Of a stretch of DNA of 64,000 nt, positions 1 to 10,499 are shown piece by piece; the stretch's first letter is position 1, and each line of letters begins with the position of its first letter. The notes under the pieces were generated by a model, which had not been told where the DNA came from, did not search any database, and saw nothing but the letters and a program-made list of their open reading frames with translations. Made by a program: the position numbers and the translations under genes. Origin of the DNA: Anolis carolinensis (taxonomy: Eukaryota); assembly GCF_035594765.1 (NCBI RefSeq), contig NC_085844.1, positions 160,658,107-160,722,106 of the forward strand, in the 5' to 3' direction.

Positions 1-582
1 AATGAACAATCCACACTGTCTACCACTCTGGATTTCCTGTAATTAGATTTAAATTATCATTGACTTAAATTGCATATTTAAACTGTGATCAGTAAAATAC
101 TATGAGGGTGTATGGAAAAGATGGAAGGAGACTTCCATTAGAGACAGAAAAGGTATTTCTTCTTAAAGAGTGCATATAATAACTGCATGATGAGTTGATA
201 ATAGACTGTAATGCAAGCACATTAAATGCACCCTTTTCCAAACATACCTGCTATAAACCTTGAACGAAATTGATGTCTTCATTAAATTGCTGGGAGGACA
301 GCTTTCACTGTATGGTCATTGACTAATACTTTGCAGATCCTTCTCTCGCTAACAGCAATGCAATGATCATGGTGACAAACTATGACAATGCTACAAAGAT
401 GACTCTACAAAATGATTCCATCGTTTTCAAGAATTGGGGGGGGGGGGGGAAGAGAACCTATTTCTTTTATATTACCCTGTAATTAAACAACCCCGTGTGT
501 GTGTATACATACATGTCAATTTGTAACATACAGTTATTTTTAGATTTACCATCTAGTGTAGATCCAGTGAAAATATAACAAA

Positions 583-775
583 TGCATCTCCACTGTAGAA
601 TTTGTACAGTTTGTCACCAATTCAACCACCATGGCTCAATGCTATGGAATCTTGGGATTTATTGTTTGATGAGGCCACAGCATTCTTTTATAGAGAAGGC
701 CAGATGACTAACAACTCCCATGATTCCATAGCATTGAGCCATGACAGCTAAAGTGGTATCAGTTTCTACAGTGCA
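583..775. mobile_element. Palindromic non-autonomous DNA transposon (MITE); related degraded copies near 18745-18880, 31415-31770, 33830-34000, 37200-37380
   Basis: Inverted arms ctgtagaa..ccatggctcaatgctatggaatc / gattccatagcattgagccatg..ttctacag; same motifs recur several times in the window. Boundaries approximate. Confidence 0.65.
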
Positions 776-817
776 ACCACCTCTGCAATCAACCCAATAA
801 CACTAAGGGCACATACA

Positions 818-1292
818 GGGGCCGGGCTGTGGCGCAGCTGTTGAGCAGCTGCCTTAAATCACTCTGACCATGAGGTCATGAGTTCGAGGCCAGCCCGTGG
901 CGGGGTGAGCACCCGTCAATTAAAAATAAAAAATAGCCCCTGCTCGTTGCTGACCTAGCAACCCGAAAGATAGTTGCATCTATCAAGTAGGAGATAAGGT
1001 ACCACTAATAAAAGTGGGGAGGCAAGATTAACTAATTTACGACCTGGTATGAGGAAGTGCCGTCAGTGTGGATGATGAAGCAGCTGCTCCCCCCTGTGGC
1101 CAGAATCGAACATCCCCTCAGAAGAAAGTTAACTTGCCTCTGCGTGTGTGTCTCTCAGTCTCTGTTTGATGTGTTTATGGGCATTGAATGTTTGCCCTAT
1201 GTGTGTTATAATGTGATCCGCCCTGAGTCCCCTTCGGGGTGAGAAGGGCGGAATATAAATACTGTAAATAAATATAAATACTGTAAATAAAT
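818..1292 (+). mobile_element. tRNA-derived SINE (long form) with L2-like 3' tail
   Basis: GGGGCC start, A-box-like tggcgcagctg, B-box-like gagttcgaggcc, tail ccgccctgagtccccttcggggtgagaagggcggaatataaat then (taaa)n; relatives at 10173, 34441, 49125. Confidence 0.8.
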
Positions 1293-1302
1293 ACATTCTA
1301 GT

Positions 1303-2018
1303 TGTTCCGTCCCCCAGGACGATGGTTTGCCTTACCTATTGGTCGTTTGTTTGTTTTCCCTCCTTTACATTTTGTTTGAGCCTCTGGCTGCAAAAGCCTA
1401 GGAAAAATGGCTTGGAATCTGCAAGAGCTGGCTGCAGTTTTCTTTGCAGTGATTGGTCAAAGAGTGCAACATCTTAGGACCGCCCTTTTTACCAGGGTCT
1501 AGTCTCCATTTTGGAGCTTCATTCTGGCTATAGTCTTCCAACGTGCTGGAGCTGTGCAAGGCTAACTGGGACAAATCATCCTCAAAACCAGGCCAATCTA
1601 AGCCTATCCAAATTAGATAAGTATTGAATTATATTGATCTGGAATAGGAAATCTAGTTAGAGGAGCAGAGTTATTCCATCGCTTCTAGAACTAATCTTTG
1701 CTGTAAAGATAGGGAAGGAAAGAGTTTCTCCTTCTAATATAGGCAGCGTGATTAGGGTATAGTGGTTTTATAATCACTTTTGCCTTCTGGAACCAGGGAT
1801 AATTCTGTGACTAAAACCTATAGAAATTTGTTTCATTTTCTGCAACTTTAAGATCTGTGCCAGGTTTACAACCTTGTATGAATAAACATCCTTTTTTGAA
1901 GTTATCCAGACTCAGTCGTTCAATATCTATAGGACAGCTTATAGGGATTTGCAGTTCGCCCGGATAAAGGACAGCACGTTTCAGTTTTATAGTTTTTTAT
2001 TGTCCGGCGGACGGCACA
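1303..2018 (+). repeat. 5' LTR of BEL/Pao element
   Basis: tgttccgtcc...ggacggcaca; same length as and identical by eye to 7421-8136; contains ATTGG, a GC box and AATAAA. Confidence 0.95.
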
Positions 2019-2492
2019 GTTTTGAGGTAGATCAGCGGTTTTTCCGCTTGAGCTAGCTTGCACGGCTTTATAGTTTTTTATAGTTTAGGAAGTTTTAGTA
2101 TAGGCTGCGGCTTTTCCGCCTGAGCTCAGTCTGCATACCTAAAGACTCTACCAGCGTCTGAGGCAGTGGAGCCCGCTCTCAGACCTGAAGGAGTCAAATA
2201 GTGGGGCTCTATTTCCTTGCTATTTGGCTCGCGTGTGCGCACGTAGCCCAGTGGCTTTCTGGGTTTGCACAGGCTGTGCAGTTCCCAGCAACGTCCAGGG
2301 CTCCCTCGGCGGTAGACCTCGAGCCGCGGAGCACCAGCGACAGTTCTTTGGCTGGCTCTGAGGCGTGAAGCCCACCAGAACCAGGCTAGAACCTGGACAG
2401 GCCTGGCAACGCTGCTGCGAGTTCGGCCGGAGCACTCAACCGGCTTTGACAGCCTCTTCATCAGGAGTTCGGCCGGAGCACTCGGCCGGCTT

Positions 2493-2706
2493 TGACCTGC
2501 CTCATGGTCCGGCGGTGGTGACCTGCCTCATCGTCCTGCGGCGGTGACCTGCCTCATCGTCCTGCGGTGGTGACCTGCCTCATCGTCCTGCGGTGGTGAC
2601 CTGCCTCATCGTCCTGCGGTGGTGACCTGCCTCATCGTCCTGCGGTGGTGACCTGCCTCATCGTCCTGCGGTGGTGACCTGCTTCATCGACCTGCGGTGG
2701 TGACCT
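2493..2706 (+). repeat. 26-bp tandem repeat, 8 units plus a partial unit, in the BEL 5' leader
   Basis: Unit tgacctgcctcatcgtcctgcggtgg repeated head to tail with few variants. Confidence 0.95.
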
Positions 2707-3086
2707 CCCTTCACAGCGGGGAGGAGGCGTCTCTTCTCTCCTCCTTTCCAAAGCCAGCCTCGGTGCTCCTTCGGCGGCAGGCCTCGAGCCGCAGAGCACG
2801 AGGTGCTTGAAAATTTGGCGAAGTCGCCATTTTGGCAGTTTACGTCACTCGGGCAAGGGAGGTATCAAGTGGCAAGTTGCTGTCAGTTGACATTTTGCAG
2901 CTTGCCCACCAAAGTCTGGCGCCAAAGGTCACAATCTTTGTAAAGTATAGTTACTTAGTGATATATATTGCTATGGTTAAGTGCTGTGAATTGTATTATA
3001 TATTGAATTTGCTTTTATTGTAAATTTACTTGCAGGTATATTGCATTTGCCTTTGTTGTAAATTTACTTGCTATTAAGAATACATA

Positions 3087-6000
3087 ATGTCTATGCAATT
3101 CCAAGATGATACAGATGGTATACCTCCTTCTGAGGCTGAAGGTAGGAATGAAAGGCCCCAAAGGATAAAGCACCCTTCAGCCAAGATGCTAGCCCATCTA
3201 ATAGATGAAAAGGAGCTCCTCCATGTGAGGTTAGGTTCGGCATGGGAGCGAATTGTAACATTAATGGACAGAATAGAGAGCTTGGGTATCACAAGGGTGC
3301 CAGCCATATTACAGACAGACCTCGAAGAAGCCTTCGGTCTTTGGAGGGGTTTAGTGTCTAAGATAGTCCAGGTCCTCGAGCGCATTAACGCCAAGGATTC
3401 AGAGTTAGAAATAGGGAGTGTTTTAGCTGACACTAATGAGAAAGAAAATAGGGTGAGGGCAATCCTAGCTTCCTTATGCAGCCATGAGACCAATCTTTTG
3501 AAATCACCTGCTGTGGCACTTAGTCTTAAGTCCAACCGCTCTAGCCAGGTATCTAAACTAAGGGAGCGTGCATCGTCTAAACACAGCCACTCTAGCAAGT
3601 CTTCTGCTGCTGGGAGTGCCATCTCTTCCCTAGCTGCCTTGCACATTAAGGAGGCTGCACGTCTGGAGCTAAAGAGCAAGGTAGCGGGGGCGGAGGCTGA
3701 TGCTAAGGCAGCTGATCTCACCCTTCCCTTTAAAGAAGAAGAGCAACGACTGCAAATAGAACAGGCCCGTAGACAAAGCGAAATGCAAATGGAACAGGCC
3801 CGTAGACAAAGCGAAATGCAAATAGAACAGGCTCGTATAGAGATGCTTAGAATAAAGATGGATGCCGCAGCCAAAAGGGTAAGGGCTGAGACTTTGGCCA
3901 AGGCCCTAATTGAGCCACTCACAGAAGAATATGTAAGCCAGTTACCAATACAGGACCCTTCTGCCAAAGTGTTTGCGCACCTTGGCAGCATGTACAGTCA
4001 GTTTTCGGATAAGGAACAGGGAGACTTCTCTCCTTACCCAGAGCAGGGCCCCAAAGTCACTTTTGAGTTTCCTGCAGAGCAGAGCGTCATAGCGGGGAGC
4101 TCACCCTTGCTCGAGCTACCTGTGCCTCCTGCTAAAACCCTAGGTCAGTCAATCAGGGCCTCAAGGCCGAGTGCTAGTTGGCCCCTACAGACAGCTGCAC
4201 AGGGAACCATCGATTCGTCAGTGGTCGATGTCATCCCTCCAAGAGGCCAAAGGTTGACGCAAGGTACACGGTGGGAGTCCACTCCACAACAGCAAACTCC
4301 TCAATTGTTCCCTTCGACGCCGGAGTCCCAGCTTGTCTCCATCATCAGAAGCCCCAGAAGAGATCTTAAGGACAAGGGTGTCGAAAAGTTTTCGGACAAG
4401 CCTGAGGAATTTCTTCTCTGGAAGGCCACCTTCCAGAGAGCAATCAGAGACTTAAAGTTATTGCCTGAGGAAGAACTGACTCTTCTGGCTGCATGGTTGG
4501 GCCCAGCCTCATCCTCACAAGTTAAGAAGATCTACGCAGCCCACGTAGCCGATCCCGACAAAGCCCTGGAAAAGGCCTGGGCCAGGTTGCAGCAGAGGTA
4601 TGGGGCCAGTACAGAGATTGAAGCATCTCTTATGGACAAGCTCCAAAGGTTCCCAGCTTTAAAACTCAAAGACTTCAAACTCTTGTGGGACCTCAGCGAT
4701 CTCCTTGCGGAATTAGAGTCGGCCAAGGAGAATCCAGAACTGCCCGGTTTGAAGTGCCTCGATCAGCACCTGTCCCAGAGGCAGATCTTGACCAAGCTGC
4801 CCTTCACTTTGCAAGAACGCTGGGGACAGGAGGTCTTCAACTACAAGGAGGCCCACTCCCAGGCATACCCTCCATTTTCTCATTTGGTCCAGTTCATCAC
4901 CAGGGCAGCCAGAGAAAGGAATGATCCACAGACGGGCCTCCCCACCTTATACCAAGGGACCCAGCCAGAGAAGGCACCTGAAGTGGACAAGAAACCACCT
5001 AGAGAGGCCAATAGACCTGTCAGCGTAAAGGCAGTCGAAACTCAACACAAGACTGACGAACCCAGGTCGGAGGTAAAAGAGTTGCTTTGCCCTATTCACC
5101 AAAAGCCTCACAGCTTGGCCAACTGCAGGGAGTTTAGTAGAAAGACATACAAAGAAAGGCAACAGCTAGTTCAAAGGCAGGGAATCTGCTTTAGATGCTG
5201 TGGAGCAACTCCACACTTTGCATCCAACTGCAAAGAAAACATCAAGTGTGAGAAATGCAACAGCCTCAAGCATTGCACCGCAATGCACAACTCCAATATC
5301 ATCTCCCACCCCAAAGAGAACGCTTCACCAAAAGAAAAGTCAGCAGTCGAAGACACCGACAAGCCAGCCGCACCAGAGATGCAGGTGGAAGTTTCAGCAG
5401 TCGCCTGTACAGAGCTGTGTTCTGACTCACACCAGTACAGAGTTTGTCATCCTATCTGCCTAGCGGATGTATATCCAGCCAAGAGCCCTTGGCTTAGAAA
5501 GAGACTCTATGTGGCCCTGGATTCACAGAGCGACGCCTCCCTAGCTACTCCAGAGTTCTTCCGCATGTTTGACCTTAAAACCAAGATGGTCAATTACACC
5601 ATGACTACATGTGCAGGAAAAAAGAAGTTGCAGGGTCGCATAGCATCTGGCTTTGTTGTCTCCTCTTGCGACCAGAAGAGACAGTTCAAGTTGCCAGACC
5701 TGATTGAGTGTTCCTCCATCCCTCGGAACAAAAAACAAATTGTAACTAGAGAAGTTGTGGAGGCTCATCCACACTTGCGAAGGCTGAAGAACGCCTTACC
5801 TGCTTTCCGTCCAGATGTGGACATTGCCCTTCTGCTTGGTGCGGACTGTCCGAACTTGTTCTATGTGAACGACCAAGTTAAGGGACCTCCAGGGGCGCCC
5901 ATTGCTCAGCTGCTACCACTAGGCTGGACAGTTACAGGCCCAGTGTGCATAAATAGGATGCACCCTCCATCGTCGGTGGGCACTCGTCAAGCGCATGTGC

Positions 6001-7235
6001 TTCAAGGTAGTCGCCCCACACTAATGCATAGCTGTTTGAGTCATATCTCGGTCTATTGTCAGGGGATAACTCCAGAGTATTCCTCCACCTTCAAAGTCTC
6101 TGAGAGAGACGAAGCCATAGCGCTCTCGAAAGATGAGCAAAGGTTTTCGGACATTATGAATGCTCAAGTCTCACGAAGTGCAGAGGTGAAAGCCTGCAAA
6201 TCAACCACAGAAATCAAGATGGGCCAACGATCTTGTCTGGAACCACACCGTTTTGAACGTTTTTCGGAGTGGCACAGTCTTCTTAGAGCAGTTGCTAGGC
6301 TTATACATCGCTTAGTCTGCAAAGATAGTCAGCCTTTGCAAGTTCAGGATATGTTGAAGGCTAAGGGAGTAATATTCAGGTCAGTTCAGAGGCATGAGTT
6401 TAGTCTAGAAATAGCCAAGTTAGAGCAAGGGCTCAACATCCCTAATCAAAGTCTTCTAAATGAGTTAAACCCATTTCTAGACAAGGAGGGTATTTTGAGA
6501 GTTGGAGGAAGGTTAGCCAAAGCTAAACTCAAAGTGTGTATAAAGAACCCCATCATTGTACCCCCCAATAGCCATATTGCTTTGCTGTTGGTTCGTCACT
6601 ACCATGAGAAAATCCATCATCAAGGTAGAACTCTGACTGAGGCGACCCTTAGAAATGAAGGCCTGTGGGTGGTAAATGCTAAAAGTTTGGTCAGCAGTGT
6701 TATTTTTAAGTGTGTCAAATGTCGGCGACTCAGACGTAACTGTCAGAGTCAGCTGATGGCTGAGTTACTTCAGGACAGGACTTTGACAGACCCCCCCTTT
6801 TCCCATGTGGGAATCGATGTGTTTGGTCCTTGGGAGGTTGTCACTAGGAAAACCAGGGGTGGTGTTGTAAATAACAAAAGATGGGCGGGTTTGTTTACTT
6901 GTTTGTCAAAACGAACTGTCTATATAGAGGTTGCAGAGGGAATGGACACTTCATCATTCATAAACGCATTGAAAAGGTTCATAGCCCTCAGAGGGCCAAT
7001 TAAGTTAATTTGGTCGGACTGTGGCACCAATTTTGCATGTGCAGACCTTAGCCAACCACTTCTGGAAGAGGTGGAAGGCCGAATACTTAAGCCAGCTTCC
7101 AACCAGAAGACTCTGGCAAACCCCAGAGGACAATTTCAAGGTGGGAAACCTTGTGTTGCTAAAGGACAAAGACTTGCCCCGCTATGCCTGGCCTATGGGC
7201 ATTACACTAAAGACCTTTCCTTGCCCGGACGGTAA
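3087..7235 (+). CDS. BEL/Pao Gag-protease-(RT/RNase H deleted)-truncated integrase polyprotein
   Basis: 1382-aa ORF: Gag core (KFSDKPEEFLLWKATF), three zinc knuckles (CPIH..H..C; CFRC..H....C; CEKC....H....H), protease ALDSQS, integrase HHCC and GIDVFGP / WSDCGTNF. No RT YxDD or RNase H motifs. Last ~66 aa are out of frame. Confidence 0.88.
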   Translation: MSMQFQDDTDGIPPSEAEGRNERPQRIKHPSAKMLAHLIDEKELLHVRLGSAWERIVTLMDRIESLGITRVPAILQTDLEEAFGLWRGLVSKIVQVLERINAKDSELEIGSVLADTNEKENRVRAILASLCSHETNLLKSPAVALSLKSNRSSQVSKLRERASSKHSHSSKSSAAGSAISSLAALHIKEAARLELKSKVAGAEADAKAADLTLPFKEEEQRLQIEQARRQSEMQMEQARRQSEMQIEQARIEMLRIKMDAAAKRVRAETLAKALIEPLTEEYVSQLPIQDPSAKVFAHLGSMYSQFSDKEQGDFSPYPEQGPKVTFEFPAEQSVIAGSSPLLELPVPPAKTLGQSIRASRPSASWPLQTAAQGTIDSSVVDVIPPRGQRLTQGTRWESTPQQQTPQLFPSTPESQLVSIIRSPRRDLKDKGVEKFSDKPEEFLLWKATFQRAIRDLKLLPEEELTLLAAWLGPASSSQVKKIYAAHVADPDKALEKAWARLQQRYGASTEIEASLMDKLQRFPALKLKDFKLLWDLSDLLAELESAKENPELPGLKCLDQHLSQRQILTKLPFTLQERWGQEVFNYKEAHSQAYPPFSHLVQFITRAARERNDPQTGLPTLYQGTQPEKAPEVDKKPPREANRPVSVKAVETQHKTDEPRSEVKELLCPIHQKPHSLANCREFSRKTYKERQQLVQRQGICFRCCGATPHFASNCKENIKCEKCNSLKHCTAMHNSNIISHPKENASPKEKSAVEDTDKPAAPEMQVEVSAVACTELCSDSHQYRVCHPICLADVYPAKSPWLRKRLYVALDSQSDASLATPEFFRMFDLKTKMVNYTMTTCAGKKKLQGRIASGFVVSSCDQKRQFKLPDLIECSSIPRNKKQIVTREVVEAHPHLRRLKNALPAFRPDVDIALLLGADCPNLFYVNDQVKGPPGAPIAQLLPLGWTVTGPVCINRMHPPSSVGTRQAHVLQGSRPTLMHSCLSHISVYCQGITPEYSSTFKVSERDEAIALSKDEQRFSDIMNAQVSRSAEVKACKSTTEIKMGQRSCLEPHRFERFSEWHSLLRAVARLIHRLVCKDSQPLQVQDMLKAKGVIFRSVQRHEFSLEIAKLEQGLNIPNQSLLNELNPFLDKEGILRVGGRLAKAKLKVCIKNPIIVPPNSHIALLLVRHYHEKIHHQGRTLTEATLRNEGLWVVNAKSLVSSVIFKCVKCRRLRRNCQSQLMAELLQDRTLTDPPFSHVGIDVFGPWEVVTRKTRGGVVNNKRWAGLFTCLSKRTVYIEVAEGMDTSSFINALKRFIALRGPIKLIWSDCGTNFACADLSQPLLEEVEGRILKPASNQKTLANPRGQFQGGKPCVAKGQRLAPLCLAYGHYTKDLSLPGR

Positions 7236-7332
7236 GGTCAGGAAAGTTCAATTAAAGACTTGCAACAGAGGCAAAGTGTCCATTTTGGACAGACCAATTA
7301 GTGACCTCGTGTTGCTTATTGGAGATGTTTAA
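7036..7332 (+). pseudogene. Out-of-frame C-terminal part of the BEL integrase
   Basis: QTLANHFWKRWKAEYL..RRLWQ..VGNLVLL..WPMG..DGKVRKV..RPISDLVLL is the typical Pao integrase C-terminus, in a different frame from the main ORF. Confidence 0.85.
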
Positions 7333-7420
7333 AGTTCTAGTGTTTGTATTGTTGTGTATACAAAGGTGTTTGTATGTTTTTGATTGGTAAATTCCCATAT
7401 CCTGGGAATTTAGCGGGGAG

Positions 7421-8136
7421 TGTTCCGTCCCCCAGGACGATGGTTTGCCTTACCTATTGGTCGTTTGTTTGTTTTCCCTCCTTTACATTTTGTTTGAGCC
7501 TCTGGCTGCAAAAGCCTAGGAAAAATGGCTTGGAATCTGCAAGAGCTGGCTGCAGTTTTCTTTGCAGTGATTGGTCAAAGAGTGCAACATCTTAGGACCG
7601 CCCTTTTTACCAGGGTCTAGTCTCCATTTTGGAGCTTCATTCTGGCTATAGTCTTCCAACGTGCTGGAGCTGTGCAAGGCTAACTGGGACAAATCATCCT
7701 CAAAACCAGGCCAATCTAAGCCTATCCAAATTAGATAAGTATTGAATTATATTGATCTGGAATAGGAAATCTAGTTAGAGGAGCAGAGTTATTCCATCGC
7801 TTCTAGAACTAATCTTTGCTGTAAAGATAGGGAAGGAAAGAGTTTCTCCTTCTAATATAGGCAGCGTGATTAGGGTATAGTGGTTTTATAATCACTTTTG
7901 CCTTCTGGAACCAGGGATAATTCTGTGACTAAAACCTATAGAAATTTGTTTCATTTTCTGCAACTTTAAGATCTGTGCCAGGTTTACAACCTTGTATGAA
8001 TAAACATCCTTTTTTGAAGTTATCCAGACTCAGTCGTTCAATATCTATAGGACAGCTTATAGGGATTTGCAGTTCGCCCGGATAAAGGACAGCACGTTTC
8101 AGTTTTATAGTTTTTTATTGTCCGGCGGACGGCACA
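7421..8136 (+). repeat. 3' LTR of BEL/Pao element
   Basis: Direct repeat of 1303-2018, followed by TSD CTAGT. Confidence 0.95.
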
Positions 8137-10172
8137 CTAGTTAAAAATTAAAAGCCAGTTGGAGTAATTCCATAGAGAATCCACATGCTTCAATATCAAA
8201 AATTGAGGATGCTATGACAGCAGTATCTCATTTTAGGGACAAAACCTGAGATCAAGAATTATGTCTTTGAAATTTCACAGGAGCAAAGACATCCCTTTGG
8301 TGAATTCTTGTGATGTCTTAGGTGTGGTGTAGATAAAAATGGAAGGCAGGATTAGCTGATTATGAAAATGGTAACAAAGACAATGGCCCAAAAATTGTAA
8401 ATAAAAACCAGTTTGTAAAACTTTTGTGAAAACCAGCTTGTGAAACTCTTCCCCTCCTCAACAGTTTCACCAGATGTTTACACTAAATGATCCTAAATCC
8501 CATCCAACAACCATTTGTTGGGGCAATGCCACACATAGCATCATTTCTCTTTGCTGTTGAAAATGTGAAGTTTCCAGCACGGTATAGGAATAGCTATTCA
8601 CTTCTATCTTTTCCACCTCTGTATTAATTCTCTCCACATATTTTCTCCACATATTACCCGATAGTATACATGCCACACCAATACAGCACCAAACCATCAA
8701 GATGGAATAAGTCCACATGAATGATTGTTTATCCTCACTCCCCTCACAGAAGAGATCAATTTGTCTTCTGTAACTTAAAATAACCTTTATACACTTCTTT
8801 TAGAAACCAGCAATTGCCATTTGGGCTTTGTTCTCTCTATCTGCCATTGCTGACAAACCAGGGAAGTAAAGGGACCAGACAACAGAGGTGGAATAAACTA
8901 ATGGCAACTTTTATTAAATTGTTACCTTTTGACTGTTTCTTGTTGATGGCCAATCAAATTGGGGTGGGGGGGAGACAAATTTGATATGGGAGTGGCTGGA
9001 GCTATTGCCCCCAGCCTCCCATGGGCGAAACACCAAAGCTCCTGAGAGTATTCCCTTATTAAAATGGTTGCTCAAAGGTCCAGTTCATATGCTGGAGGGC
9101 TAATCAAAGAGTGTAATCTTCAAAGCTGCTTTGACCTCTTGGAGATGTCAAAGACCCAGAAATCAACCCCCAGCGCTGGGAATGATCAACATTCTACCTG
9201 ACGTGGAAGCTACGGTGTGTAGGCAGCTTCACAAATCATGCAAAAGTGAGCAGCAGTGGATTCTCCTCTTCTTTCTTCCCAAGTAGCCTCCTCCTTCCCA
9301 AAGCTTCCTCCCTCTGGAAAGAGAGATAGAGAAAAATGTGAGAAATGCTTCCCTAGGCCTTTCCCAGCAGAACATTGCATGGCGTGGGCATTGAAGGAGC
9401 CTCTGCACTCCCTCCTGGGGCATGATGGGAGTTGAGGTTTTTCTCTCTCTGTTTCTCACATCTCGTTCTCAGCCAATCAGAGGTCTGATTGATTGTGTCC
9501 ATTTCCCCCCCCCCTTTGTGACACGTGCTTGTTGGGACCTCAATTCCCAGAACCCCCTCTTGTGGGTTTGTTATAAATGTTATGCTAATTTTTTTTTAAA
9601 AAATCCCCAAAATCAGTGGATTTGTGAAATGTTCTGAAACTTGGCAGGCTTGCAGTCGTAAATGGGGCCTACAGGTGATGCAAGTGTCATCCCAATAGGC
9701 CTAAAATGCCAGAGAAATTAGCCTCTAAATTTTCCCCATTGGCACCACTGGACCGAATTTTATCAGAATGAAAACAGCACCCCCCCTCTCCTCCTGGTTT
9801 TAGGAATTTCCAATAAAATAGAATTGGCGGGACAGTCAAAAACAGAACCAAAAATTGTAGTTTTTTGACATTATGCACACCCCTATTTAGTATTAAATTA
9901 TCAGTCCTGGATCTTCCCTGTGTCCCCAACTGTCTGCATGAGAAGAACCATTCCAGCCAAAAGCTCCAGGTAGTTACCCCCAAAAATCAATTACTAAAAT
10001 GTGAGCAGGCAGGCTACATCACTGGCTTCTGTGAACTGGCTTCTGTGACCCTGAAGCTCAACCCACACGATGTATTTTTACGTCTTTATGTATTTAATCT
10101 GAATTGTTTTTAATTCTAATGATGTTTAATACTGTTTTAATGTTTGTATATTTGTATATTTGTATATGTATA

Positions 10173-10376
10173 TGTGGCGCAGGCTTTTGAGCAGCCAGCT
10201 GCCAGCTGCAACAAATCACTCTGACCAAGAGGTCATGGAGTCGAGGCCAGCTCGGAGCCTGCGTTTGTCTCTGTCTCTGTTCTATGTTAAGGCATTGAAT
10301 GTTTACCTTATATGTGTGTGCAATGTGATCCGCCCTGAGTCCCCTTCGGGGTGAGAAGGGTGGAATATAAATACTG

Positions 10377-10407
<31 letters not shown>

Positions 10408-10409
10408 AT
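10173..10409 (+). mobile_element. tRNA-derived SINE (short form), nested in a degraded L2-like 3' tail
   Basis: Head and tail match the SINE at 818 with the middle absent; (taaa)n tail; the flanks (about 10085-10170 and 10410-10490) resemble an L2 3' UTR/tail. Confidence 0.8.
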
Positions 10410-10499
10410 TTTGGATTGCATTGTAATTCTTTTAATTTAAACCACTTTGAGTCTCCTTATGGAGAGAAAAAGCAGAATATAAATAAATATAATCATTAT

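Larger units (their letters stand above)
1303..8136 (+). mobile_element. BEL/Pao LTR retrotransposon, internally deleted (non-autonomous)
   Basis: Two 716-bp LTRs with TGT..ACA ends, 5-bp TSD CTAGT (1298-1302, 8137-8141), purine tract gcggggag before the 3' LTR, BEL-type Gag-PR-IN ORF. Confidence 0.95.

Noticed and set aside
818-900. tRNA gene
   Set aside because: A/B boxes belong to a SINE head; no cloverleaf.
2023-2030. TGAGGTAG equals the let-7 5' end
   Set aside because: Only 8 nt, no precursor hairpin; coincidence.
2493-2706. CRISPR-like array
   Set aside because: Units abut with no unique spacers; vertebrate retroelement context.
3074-3991. 305-aa antisense ORF
   Set aside because: Shadow of the gag frame; no recognisable motifs.
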